NCBI GenBank assembly: GCA_030390025.1
Contig: CM059432.1
Location: 89,406,001-89,470,000, forward strand
Length of the DNA stretch: 64,000 bases
Source of the DNA: Squalus acanthias
Lineage: Eukaryota
Direction: 5' to 3'
Shown here one piece after another: positions 35,227-46,404 of this stretch. The notes beneath the pieces were generated by a model. It saw only the letters and a program-made list of their open reading frames with translations, was not told the DNA's origin and ran no database searches. Made by a program: the position numbers and the translations under genes. Every line of letters starts with the position of its first letter. The first letter of the stretch is position 1.

Positions 35227-38200
35227 CAACATGTTCAAGGACTTTGCAGAGGAAGGGGAGGTTGGAGATGGGGGTCAAGGGTTGTTTTTTTGAGGAGAGC
35301 GCTGATGATGGCAGATTTGAATTAGGTGGGGGCAGTACCTGAGGAGAGAGAACAGCTAACAATATCAGCTAACATGGGAGCCAGAAAAGGAAGTTGGGTG
35401 GTCAGCAGTTTAGTGGGAATGGGGTTGAGGGAACAGAAAGTGGATCTCATGGACAAGATGAGCTCGGAGAGGGCATGAAGGGAGATCGGAGAGAAACTGG
35501 AGAATGATGCGAGTTCAGGGCTAGTGCAGGGGGGAACCTGAGAGGAATTTTGGCCTGGTTGGCTAGGGGAAGGATGGGAAGTGGCAGAGCCAGCTGATCC
35601 GATGTTCTTAATCTTAGAGACAAAGAAGTCCATGAGCTCCTCACACTTGCTGTTGGAGGTGAGGGTGGAGGAGAGAGGGGAGAGGGCTTTAAGAAGACGG
35701 TTTACAGTAGAGAAAAGAAGCCGGGGGTTATATTTATATTCCATAATGATCCCGGAATAGTGAGCAGTTTGGCAGATGAGAGCAGGACCCGATAGTGCTT
35801 TATGTGGTCCAGCCAGATCTGGCGGTGAATGGCTAAAACAGTTTTCTGCCATATCTGTTCAAGTCTGCGTCCCTTGGACTTAAGGGAGCAGAGATGAATG
35901 CCTTGCCAGGGGGAACGGCCAAGCTGAGAGAGAGTAATGGTTTTAATGGGGACTAGGGCATCAAAGGTGGTGGTGAGGGTGTGGTTGAGCAGATTGGTGG
36001 CTACAGAAATGTCATAGTGAATGGAAGCCAAAGGCTGGACAGTTGGGATTTTGAAAGTGCAGTTGTAAGTGAATTGGGAAAGAGTTTTTTCCAGGGGCGG
36101 ACACAGAAGGAAGTGGGATTGGGAGGGGGAAGGGGGATGTGGGTGGAGAGTGATATAAGGAAGTGGTCAGAGATGGCCTTATCTGTGATTGACATGAGGG
36201 GAGTAGCGAGGCCACCTGAGATGGCAAGTTAAAGGGGGTAGCAATGACTATGGGTTGGGGAGTTTACATGGAGGGAGAGATTACAGGAGGATAGGAGAAC
36301 AGTGAACTCAGAGGAGAGAGCATGATGAATTGAGATGGAGGTTGAAATCACCGAGGATGAGAATTTGCTCGGTGCAGAGGCTGAGGGAGGAAAGCAGTGA
36401 AGATATCTCGGTGAGAACATTTTTATGGTACTTGGGTGGGTGGTAGAGAACAAGGATTTTAACAAGAGGTGAGGGGGTGGAACAAGGTGAGATGCTCAAA
36501 GGAGGAGAAAGTGCCCGAGGAATAGGGGGACAGACCAAGGTGTGATTTGGTGATAAGAGCCACACCGCCACTGCGACAGTCTGGGTGGTGCAAGTGGTGG
36601 AAGCTATAGCCAGGTGGGGAGGCTTCATTTAGGGGGAAGGTGTCATCACCCCTCAGTCAGGTTTCCGTCAAGGCCATGATGTCAATGCAATCATCCACAA
36701 TAAGCTTATGATGGCAAGGGCCTTGTTCACAAGTGAATGGACATTCTGGAGGGAGATGCGGAGAGGGTCGGTGATAGCTGACCCACTGCCAGTGACCACA
36801 GGGTCAGTGCTGGGAGGGGTGAGTTGGACGGGGAGGTGATTGGCAAGATTAGCTCCTAGCGGGCGGGCAGGCGGGATGTTCAGCGAGAGAGTAGAATGGG
36901 ATAGTTGGGATTGCTGCTCGTAAGGAGGCAGTGACGAGTGCCTCGATGGGCCCTTCGGAGGATGCCAAGAGAGGCACAGAGGGAAGCTGTAGTCTTATCT
37001 AAGAGGGAGTCAAGCCTGGGACAGCAGCAGGACAGTAGGAAGGTCAAAGAATAATCAAGGGTTGGGGTAGGGATTTGGGAGGGCAGAGTACCCGAGAGGG
37101 GAGAAATGAAAGGAGGCATGACGACAAGAGAGAGCGGTCAAGGAAGGGTAGAGAGAAAAGAAAAGGGGGAGAAAAAAGTGGAAATAGAAGAGATCAGCTC
37201 GGGTCTGGAGCAGCAGCCAAAGTGTACACGCGAATGAACACAGGCAAAAACTCAAGTTACATAGGCCTGGTTATGTCGCATTTATTCGAATACATATATC
37301 CTGGTAGTAACAGGGAGTAGATAGGAGACAATAGGAGGGAGTCCAGAGCTAAAGTCAGAGGTCCCGTGGAGGGATAACGTTAACGTAGGTAGGGTGGAGT
37401 CAGCATGGTGCATCGACGAACTGTTGTCCAAGTTCGGAGATGGGTGTAGCGGGTGACTGAAATCCAGAAGCTATTTGAAGGGTAAAGAGTCAGAGGATGG
37501 AGGTTATTTCCATGGGAATGAAGATCCAGAAGATGTGCAGAATCGGTTGCGGGGCAGAAAGATGATGGTGAAGTTGGAGGTCACCGTAAGATCCAGAAGC
37601 AGATCCAGATACCCAAGAACTGCCAGCAGCCGAGCCAGTGCAAGAAGAACTAGAGGAGGAGAGTGATGCAGAAGAAGAAGCACTGTCACTCGAACTGACA
37701 CTCCCAGACACCAGCTCAGAAAATGGCACTGCGCAAACTTTAGAGGGGAGTTTAGAGGCGGGATCTACACACACTGGGATAGTTGGGGTTGCTGCTCGTA
37801 GCCAGGCCAGGGGAAAAGGTAGCGCACGTCCCAGCTCCCCGGAGGGCGTGTTCGCACACAAGTTCTGCTTCACAGGACTCAGATGAGATCTTTGATGGGG
37901 CAGCCTTCAGAAGAAGGGTAATGGGCATGCACACAGAACTGCTTGGTGCAATAGCAGGCCTGCCAGAGAGACTCTTGTCAATGTCAAGGAGCATGGGGGA
38001 GTCCGGCTCCAACATTGCACGGGGCTTTGCACGGAGTTTGGAGCCCATGATTTCCAGGATGGAAGTGATGGGCAACTCCATTAGAGCACTCGTGGACCCA
38101 ACCATGATGCTGGGTGTGAGAGGCCATCTCGCAGCTTCCATTGCAGCACAAGTGGAAGCGACCGAATGTTTGAGTGCTGCAGTGAAAGCTCAGACTTCTG

Positions 38201-38968
38201 CCATGCAGTCTCAGTTTGCTGCCACGCAAGCTCAGACTGCTGCCATTATGGCTGGGTTTCCAGGTATGGAAAGGGGCTTGCAGGTCTTACAGCAGTCCAG
38301 CAATCTGTCCTCCAACAGATGGCTAGGAATGCTGAAGCGCTGCCCCGGGGCAGTGGCAGTGGCTCCATGGAGCAAGAACCTGCTGTCCTCTCTCAGGATG
38401 ACAGCATTTGTCCTCCCACCACTGCCACTCCACCAGTGCCTTTGCTGCTGCCTGTCTGCCAGCCAGCCCAGACTGCGGCCGCCCATGCCGAGGTGGTGGA
38501 CTCTGCAGCTGGGCCTTCTAGGCCCAGAACTGCTTGAGGTAATCCTGCAAGGCCATCTGCAGTGTCCTGCACGGAAAGTCAGCAGCCTTCCACCAGCCAT
38601 GCTGCCGTCACTAGGAGCACTAGAATAGGCAAACGAACACGATAGACAGACACTAAGGGAATGCACAAGGGTGATTAGTTGACTTTGTTATGTAAGATTC
38701 AAAATAATTATTTATAAATGATGTTTGGAATGTTTGTTTTGTGGTGGCTTTCATTTCAGCATTGTGCCCAAGAGGACGTTGTGATGTTCCATGACAGAGG
38801 GATGGAAAGGTGGGGAAGTGTTGAGCAACTGGGATCTGGGGTTTCATTCATTGGAACCGGAGTCTGATGCGCTCACGGACAGCCTGTCCAGAATGGGGAT
38901 CTGCTGCCTGCCTCCTCCCTTCCTCTCCTCCTCTTCCTGCTCCTGCATTCCTCTTCCTCTTCATTTGA

Positions 38969-39323
38969 GGTAAGTTGCTTTTTGGTATTGTACTGGTTCC
39001 TGTACAGTTTATTTGAATAGTGCCTTGGTAAGACATTTAAAAAGTTGGGAAAGTGTGCAGAGATTGCTGCAGGACGTTGGGAAGGCATTGACTCTTAAAG
39101 GAAGGCCTCTGAGTACACCACTTGCTCCCAGTCATGGGGGCTCTACTTGTAGTCCCCCTTGCGCTGCAGCATTACAGGGAGATGGAGCTGAGGCAGCGAA
39201 GATGAGCTGCTCACAGAGGGAGGAGGAGGAGGAGGGCTCTCAACAGGAGGCCTTATCTACCTGGGGTCTTCAGGGAGCACTTATCCTACCTGCACTTAAG
39301 CCAGGAGCAGTGTATTCAGACTG
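38969..39323 (+). mobile_element. Harbinger transposase 5' fragment in opposite orientation
   Basis: MGALL..PL...RRRRRALNRRPY..VFREHLSYLHLSQEQCI on +, matching the N-terminus at 7323-7110. Confidence 0.65.
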
Positions 39324-39324
39324 A

Positions 39325-39567
39325 AGTCACATATAGACCAGACTGGGTAAGGAAAGCAGGTTCCCTTATCGAAAGGGCATTAGTGAACCAGTTGGGTTTT
39401 TACAACAATCCAGCACCTTCATAGTCATATTTTTACTGATACCAGCTTTTTATTTCCAGATTTTCTTTTGAAACTGAATTCAAATTCTCAAACTGTCATA
39501 GTAGGATTTGAACTCACATTTCTAGGATTATTAGTCCAGGTCTCTGGATTACTAGTCCAATAACATA
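39325..39567 (-). mobile_element. tRNA-derived SINE, second family (partial)
   Basis: B box GAGTTCAAATCC on the - strand, with ggactagtaatccagaga head and a characteristic body. Confidence 0.65.
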
Positions 39568-41855
39568 TAATTATTTGTGTTTGGTAAAGCCACAGTATGA
39601 GATTGGAGTGTTACTATACCACAATTAATATGAAATCTGAAAGGTTCTGATAACATGTCTGTTAATCCAATTAAAGCATCATCTTTATATTAGATTAGAT
39701 TTTATTTGTGACTAAAAATTTGATTAACATTGTCATATTAGATTTAAATGAAACCTCACAGTATTTATGGCAAGAATTTGCCTTTTCAATTTTATTTAAT
39801 TACCCTGTTTTTATTATTTTGTTTCTTTTTAAAGTAAACCTCATTTTAGAGGTTGGCTTCTGTGTATTACGCTCATTTTAAATCAGAAATGTATATTTCT
39901 ATTTAAAAGCAACACATAATTGCTAAAAAGTACAGTGATATTTTCAAAGCTCACTACAGACTAACATAACTTGGAAAAATTATCATTCTGTGACCTTTAG
40001 GTTTCCTTTCTCCATATATAAATAAGATGGAGTTTTTATCATTTTCTCTTGGCACAGCCCTTTGATCACAAATATCAAAGCAGAAAATTTTCCAGTGACA
40101 TCTTACCTCAAGAGGTCATTTCTGTTTTTCCTGCATCACATTTGCAGATGAGCTTCACGTTTAAACCATTACAATTAGCATACTAGCCTACTTATCAAAA
40201 TTTCAGGGCCACACTTGATTTCTATTGATGTATTTTATAAGCATTGTGCTGACGAAAACTATGAATTTTAGCCTAAAAATTAATATGGAAAATAGTCATT
40301 TTTCTTTTGTTTACAATGCATGTAATGATGGTAGTGAGCTCACTAAATATCTTTAAATTACATATCAAAACTGCAGGGTTTTTTTCAGTATCCAAGAATT
40401 CTAGAAGTACCAACATTTTCAGGGGAGTGAGAGTACAATGGTGTTTCTATTTAATTAATGGTCGACTAGCCATGTTCGGCATTTGATGTTTTTGTCTGGT
40501 TTATTACCTTTCTCAGTGTCAGCTTCTTTTTCCTCTCTAGCAGTTTGTGATATGTTATTTCAAAATTGCTTTCTTCCTCTGCTTTGCTTTCATACCATGT
40601 ACTACCAAAGCTTGCTCTGGATCTCGGAATGCATTTCTTTCATCGGCACGAATGATCCTGTCAGCACCTGTGAAGTTCCTAGCCTTATCACCAAATGATA
40701 AAGTGTAACATAAACTGAGGTAAAGACTGTTACAACAGAAAGCAAATAAACAGAACCTACACTGTGACAAAACTATTTTAATTCTTTGAAAATATAAGAT
40801 GATTGCATGTGAAAACAACGTGAAATCCCATGACTTGTATTTCTCCAGTTATCCAGGTTATCCTCAGTGACCTTTAAACACACTGTTAAAGAAGTGAACT
40901 GTACCGTAACGCCAGCAGTATTTCAGAGCCGACTTGTTTTACAGGTTTTTGGTAACTAACCCGTGTCTCGGATTTCCTCTTATTGTAAGGCTTACAAATT
41001 TGCTTTTATTTTATTTTGGTGCAAATATATAAACAGTCCAAACATAGACAATTATATATTCGGTTTATTGACAAAAAAGTACAAATATGTGTTGTGTCAG
41101 ATCGGGAAGTATTCAGTGTAAACATTAATAATAAATCCTTTAAATTACAAATTGTATCTGTGAAGAACACGCGTATTCAGTCTATGTGGTGAGCACTAAG
41201 ATAATGGCAAAGAAAAACTGAAAAACAGTAAGCAATAAAAGTGACACAAAGGCTTTGTATGACGGGCAATAAATGGTGGTTACCTCAAACTGCAGCCCAT
41301 ATTTTCAAATAACCACCTAATCTACCCTGGCGCCTGTAGGCCATACATTAATAATCAGCTCCTTAGTCCAAGAGGCCAACTCAGTTATAGACTCGTAAGG
41401 GGTATAAATTTGTTTTGAGCAGTACCTCAAAACAGGCAATAGCGAATCGGCAGGCGGTTTTTGCACTCAGCCTGATTTTCTTTTGCAATGTTAAAACCTC
41501 ATATTAATTTACAGAAAGTAGTTAGCTCATTCAATACACAATAGATCAGGGCCCAGATGAGTTGTCTGATGGACATCAATAGGACATGCATATGTCATTT
41601 GTAATTCTGTGGCTGATTGCCTCATTCATTGGATTCCAAAATGCTGTTGCAAACAGAACACGATTGAAGCGTCAAAGCAACAATGCAATGCAACAGAATG
41701 CTTTGGGCTTAGGTAGGGAGTCAAGACATTCAGTTCAAAGACCAGCATTCTGTGGATTTATTTTGAAGTATATGTTTGACTGGCAGCTGTATTTGTGGGG
41801 GGCAAAATACTGTGAATTAGATTGGCCACCTAAAGTAGTCACGAGAAATACTGCA

Positions 41856-43598
41856 ACTACTACTACTACTAGTTACATTTATACAGTGCCTTGGATATAG
41901 AAAATGTCTCAAGGTGCTTGATAGAGATGCAGTAATTTTAAAAATGGATGCACACCAAAGAAAGAGATATTAGATGGGGCAAACAGAAGCTCAGTCAAAG
42001 AGGTGAGTTTTAATCTGAGAGCCAAGTTTCTCACCGAGATATCTTCACTGCTTTCCTCCCTCAGCCTCTGCACCGAGCGACTTCTCATCCTCGGTGATTT
42101 CAACCTCCATCTCAACTCATCATGCTCCCTCTCCTCTTGGTTCACTGCCTTCCTATCCTCCTTAAATCTCTCCTTCCCTATTAACTCCCCTACCCATATT
42201 CACGGCAGCCCCCCTGACCTGGCCATCTCATGTGGCCTCGCTACTCCCATCGTGTCAACCACAGATAAGGCCACCTTTGATCACTTCCTTGAATCCCTCT
42301 CCACCCGCATTCCCCTTCCCCTTCCCAACCCCACTTCTTCTGTGTCCGCCCCCGGAAAAATTCTCCCCCACTTCCATCTGCACTTTCAAATTCCCAACTG
42401 TCCAGCCTTTGGCCCTCCATTCACCACAACATTTCTGCAGCTACTGATCTGCTCAATCACATCCTCACCTCCACCTTTGATGCTCTTCTCCATTAAAGCC
42501 ATCACTCTCTCTCACCCTGGTCATTTTCCCTGGTTTGGCCCTTATCTCCACTCCTTTAAGTCCATGGGACGCAGACGTGAACGTCTATGGCGGCCAATTG
42601 GTTTAAGCATTCATCGCCAGATCTGGCTGGACCACATAAAGCACTATCAGGTCCTGCTCTCCTCTGCCAAAACTGTTCATTATTCGAGGATCATCCTGCA
42701 ACACAAAGATAACCCCTGGCTTCACTTCTCCACTGCAAACTGTCTTCTTAAACCCTTCTCTCCTGCCTCCTCAACCCTCACCTCCAACAGCAAGTGCGAG
42801 GAGCTCATGGACTTCTTTGTCACAAAGATTGAGACCATCCGTTCAGCTGCCTATCTCGCTTCCCTCCCTCCCCCTAGCCCACCGGGCCAAACTTCCCCTA
42901 AGATTTCCCCCTGCCCTAGCCCTGAACTGGCATCATTCTCTCGTTTCTCTCGTATCTCTCCTCATACCCTCTCCAAACTCATCTTGTCCATGAGACCCAC
43001 CTCCTGCTCTCTTGACCCTATTCCCACCAAACTGCTGACCAGCCAACATCCTTCCTGGCCCCCATGTTAGCTGATATTGTTAATGGTTCCCTCTTCTCAG
43101 GTACTGTCCCCCTCCCTTTCCAATCTGCCATCAGCACCCCTCTCCTCAAAATACACACCCTTGATCCCTCTGTCCTTGCTTCTGACCCCACATTCTCTCC
43201 ATCACAAAGATCACTTACTTCCATCATGACCACCTAACATTGCCTACCTCTGTCCCTACCTGAGCGCAACTGTCCCAGAAACTTTCATCCATGCTTTTCC
43301 CACCTCCAGCCTCATCTGCTCCAATGGTTTTCTGGCTCGCCTCCACCTACCATAAGTTCCAACTCATGCAAAACTCTGCTGCCAATGTCCTATCACACAC
43401 AAAGATCTGCTCACCCATAATTCCTGTCCTTAATGACTCTCTCGCCAGGATCTTGCCCCTCTTTATCCAGTTACAACCCTCCACGAATGCTGTTCCTCTG
43501 ACTCTGGCCTGTTGTAAATCCCCATCCCCTTTGCCCTACCATTGGTGTCTGCACCTTCAACCACCCCAAGCCCCACAATATAGAATTCCTTCCTAAAT
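41856..43598. mobile_element. Rearranged L2 sequence: tail on - (41856-42014), body on + (42022-43598)
   Basis: The 355-aa frame (ILGDFNLH) matches L2 36430-35300. 43186-43598 is L2 C-terminal sequence. The tail is inverted. Confidence 0.85.
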
Positions 43599-45219
43599 CT
43601 TGATTTTAGCTGCATATATTAAGGGGACCAGATTTACCAGTAATCACAGTGTATTATCCTGTATCCTCATCTTGCTCAGGGTCACGGGACAGTATTTTAT
43701 ACTCATGTATTTCAAATAGCGCTTTTGATACCTATTTCATTGAGAAATAACCAAGCTAAAGTAAAAGAATCGTGAAGAATAGAAAATGCCACCTCCTGCA
43801 TAAAGAAAAATTGCAATATTACAATTCAATCTGTCCACAGCACAACAGCAGCAATTCAGACCCTTGTAGAAGATTCTGTTTGTAAACGGTGTACTATTAT
43901 CAGCTGTTTTATCTAATTACAATAGTAAGATGGAGATTTTCTGCCTCTGTTTCTCGGCTCATGATTTTCCACTCATTCATTTGAAGCAAAAATTCCCAGC
44001 CTATAACTTTAAGAAAAGTAGATACAAGCAGTAATTTTACGAATCCCCTGAATTCCTGATGTGGACAGACATAAAATGACCCCCATAGAATATAAACCTC
44101 GAACCAGCAAGGCTCTGCTGGTGGTGCATGGCCTAGTTGTGAGAGAGCACAGTTCAGGATTTCGGCCATGCGTGGGCAAGGAGCAAAGTACTGAACATAG
44201 CAATTTGTGTCAGGCAACAAAGGGAGCCAAAGGGCGTCTCTGCTGCCAGTTAGCTCCTACCTCCTTGCAAAGGAGTAAATATGACAATGAGGCAAATCGA
44301 TTTACCGTTTCAGCTATTTTGGTGCATGCAAAATTTAGCAAGATTAAGATTAAATTGAAAGTAAAAAAATGTTAGAGACAGGGCACAGAACTTTCCCTAG
44401 GTAGCAGAATTCCCAGGAGTACAGGGTGGAGTAGATAGCATTTATGTTGGCATCAGGGCTCCTCACATCAGCCACTTGACCTGCATGAACAAAAGGGATT
44501 TCTTTTCAATTAATGGTGTCTGACTATAGAAATATCACGATGCACGTCAATGCTGGCTACCCAGGAAGCAGCCATGATACTTTAATTATGCAGCAATCCA
44601 TTGTGCTTGCATTAGTTCAAGACTCATTCAGAGTCAACCTTCGAGAGTCAGTGAGACGTCTCCAAATTTTGCCGCTTTAGAAGTTATACTTGGGTTAATT
44701 CACCTCCATCAAGAATTCAATTAGTTGAGAGGGTGGATGATGTTGTAAGTTGAAGATGGTCTGTTGAAAGAAACACTTTCAATGGGCCTAATGGCTTTTT
44801 CATTCCATATTTTTGCCCCAAAAGTCCTGGGGGCCCGCTCCACTGGTGCAATTGTGGCAGAGTAGAACCCCTGTCCACTCTAGACCCAAACAGAGACCCC
44901 ATCCTGCATCCCGGGGACAGAGTCAGCTGAATAACCAGGGCAGTTGTATCATGCCTACAAGGGCATATCAAGGTGCCTGCCCTAATAAACCTACCAGAAG
45001 GCAAAGAGTCCCATAGCCACTCATCTTGAGGTGCCTTCAAGTCTTTCTGGTCTGAAGAAAAAAATGGCACAAAAGTCTTTGCTCCCAGCACAGCCATTCT
45101 GCCTTCAGAGTAAGGTAATCGATCCCCTCTAGCAAACGTTTGGGCCTTCAAGAGACCCATAACTGAACCTGTGCCTGCTCTCGACAGTAGGTTCTGTTAT
45201 GGGCCTATCAGGAAGCATA

Positions 45220-45654
45220 CTGTGGCTCAGTTGGTAGCACTCTCACCTCTGAGATGAAGGTTCTCATGCCTCACTTCAGAGAATTGAGCACAAAATCCAA
45301 GCTGACCCTCCAGTGCAGTACTGAGGGAGTGCTGCACTGTCGGAGGTGCCGTCTTTCGGGTGAGACATTAAACCTGTCATCTCAGGTGGATGTAAAATAT
45401 CCATGGCACTATTTCAAAGAAGAGCAGGGGAGTTATCCCCGGTGACCTGACCAACATTTATCCCTCAACCAACATTACTAAAACAGATTACCTGGTCATT
45501 ATCACGTTGAAGTTTGTGGGAGCTTGCTGTGCGCAAAATTGGCTGCCACGTTTCCTACATTACAAACAGTGACTACACTTCAAAAGTACTTCATTGACTG
45601 TGAAGCACTTTGGGACATCCTGAGGTCGTGAAAAGTGCTGTATAAATGCAAGTT
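45220..45654 (+). mobile_element. tRNA-derived SINE with L2-type tail
   Basis: TGTGGCTCAGTTGG A box; same body and tail as 2321. Confidence 0.85.
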
Positions 45655-46144
45655 CAATAGAATGTCTCAGGGATATCAGGAAACACCAGGATTAGTGCTT
45701 TCTCTGATCCAAGGAAATTTAAGGCCCTTGTCTTTTCCACTCTTGCCAGTACTTTTATGACTTACAGCCTTCTCTACATCTCAAAGTTGCTTTCTCCCTG
45801 AGCTGCCATTTTCCTTTCTCACTGCTCTACATGATCTGGTATTCATTTCTCGTTTCTCTTTCTTCCGCAGCTTGCTCGCTATATGCAAACCTTTACAGCT
45901 CTTTCTTAACTACCAGCAACTACACAAATGGATAGAATCATAGACACCACATCTGTATTGTTAGCAATCCAGTTTAGCGCAAGTATGTCCATCTAAACTT
46001 ACAGAAAAGTTACTATATTTAATTTTATTTATAAAAAGTGCTAATCATAGCCACATAAAGATGTGGTACAGAAAGTTAAATACACGATGGGGCTTACTGT
46101 AATACTAAAAAAAGTGGTGTGAGCCAGTCATAATCCAGCATTGC

Positions 46145-46243
46145 AGTTCTGACGAAGGGTTCGACCCGAAACATTGACTCTGTTTCTCCTCTCTTTGACA
46201 CTGCCTGACCTGCTGAGTGTTTCCAGCACTTTCTGTTGTTATT
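46145..46243 (+). mobile_element. Short Penelope-related retroposon headed by a hammerhead motif (46145-46179)
   Basis: AGTT-CTGACGA-a-GGGT tcg ACCC-GAAA-CA-TT-GACT; 17-bp TSD with 2 mismatches (46128-44, 46244-60). Confidence 0.8.
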
Positions 46244-46270
46244 TCATAATCCAACATTACTTACTTAACC

Positions 46271-46404
46271 AAAAGCAAAATACGAGAGATGCTGGAAATC
46301 TGAAATAATAACAGAAAATGCTGGAAATACTCAGCAGGTCAGGCAGCATCTGTGGAGAGAGAAACAGAGTTAACGTTTCAGGTCGATGACCCTTTGTCAG
46401 AACT
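46271..46404 (-). mobile_element. Short Penelope-related retroposon headed by a hammerhead motif (core mutated to CTGACAA)
   Basis: Reverse complement of the same family; flanks TACTTAACC / TGCTTAACC look like a TSD. Confidence 0.8.

Larger units (their letters stand above)
33315..37605 (-). mobile_element. Near full-length L2 LINE
   Basis: APE start (LRISLQNV.., ILGDFNLH) and RT (QSGF..HSTETAL, LLDLSAAFDTV, YADD) motifs; 3' tail at the left end; 6-bp TSD CAGATA (33309-14, 37606-11). Confidence 0.9.
32266..38968 (+). mobile_element. PIF/Harbinger copy C (family A), interrupted by L2
   Basis: Left end GGGGCGAAATTGG. Myb ATG at 32552 (MAQQGRESAPRFSD...RTWIQCRKKFNDL). Exon 3 resumes at 37609 (ORF 37783-38628). 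Transposase C-terminal remnant at ~38800-38968. Confidence 0.85.

Noticed and set aside
37783..38628. 281-aa ORF as a host gene
   Set aside because: It is frame-shifting exon 3 of the Harbinger Myb gene, homologous to 5317-6093 and 27310-28150.
42003..43070. 355-aa ORF as a host gene
   Set aside because: L2 endonuclease/linker fragment that drifts out of frame; it matches the L2 at 35300-36430.
45845..45990. Strong acceptor ttctctttcttccgcag as the start of a coding exon
   Set aside because: All three frames stop before the next donor; a non-coding exon cannot be supported from sequence alone.
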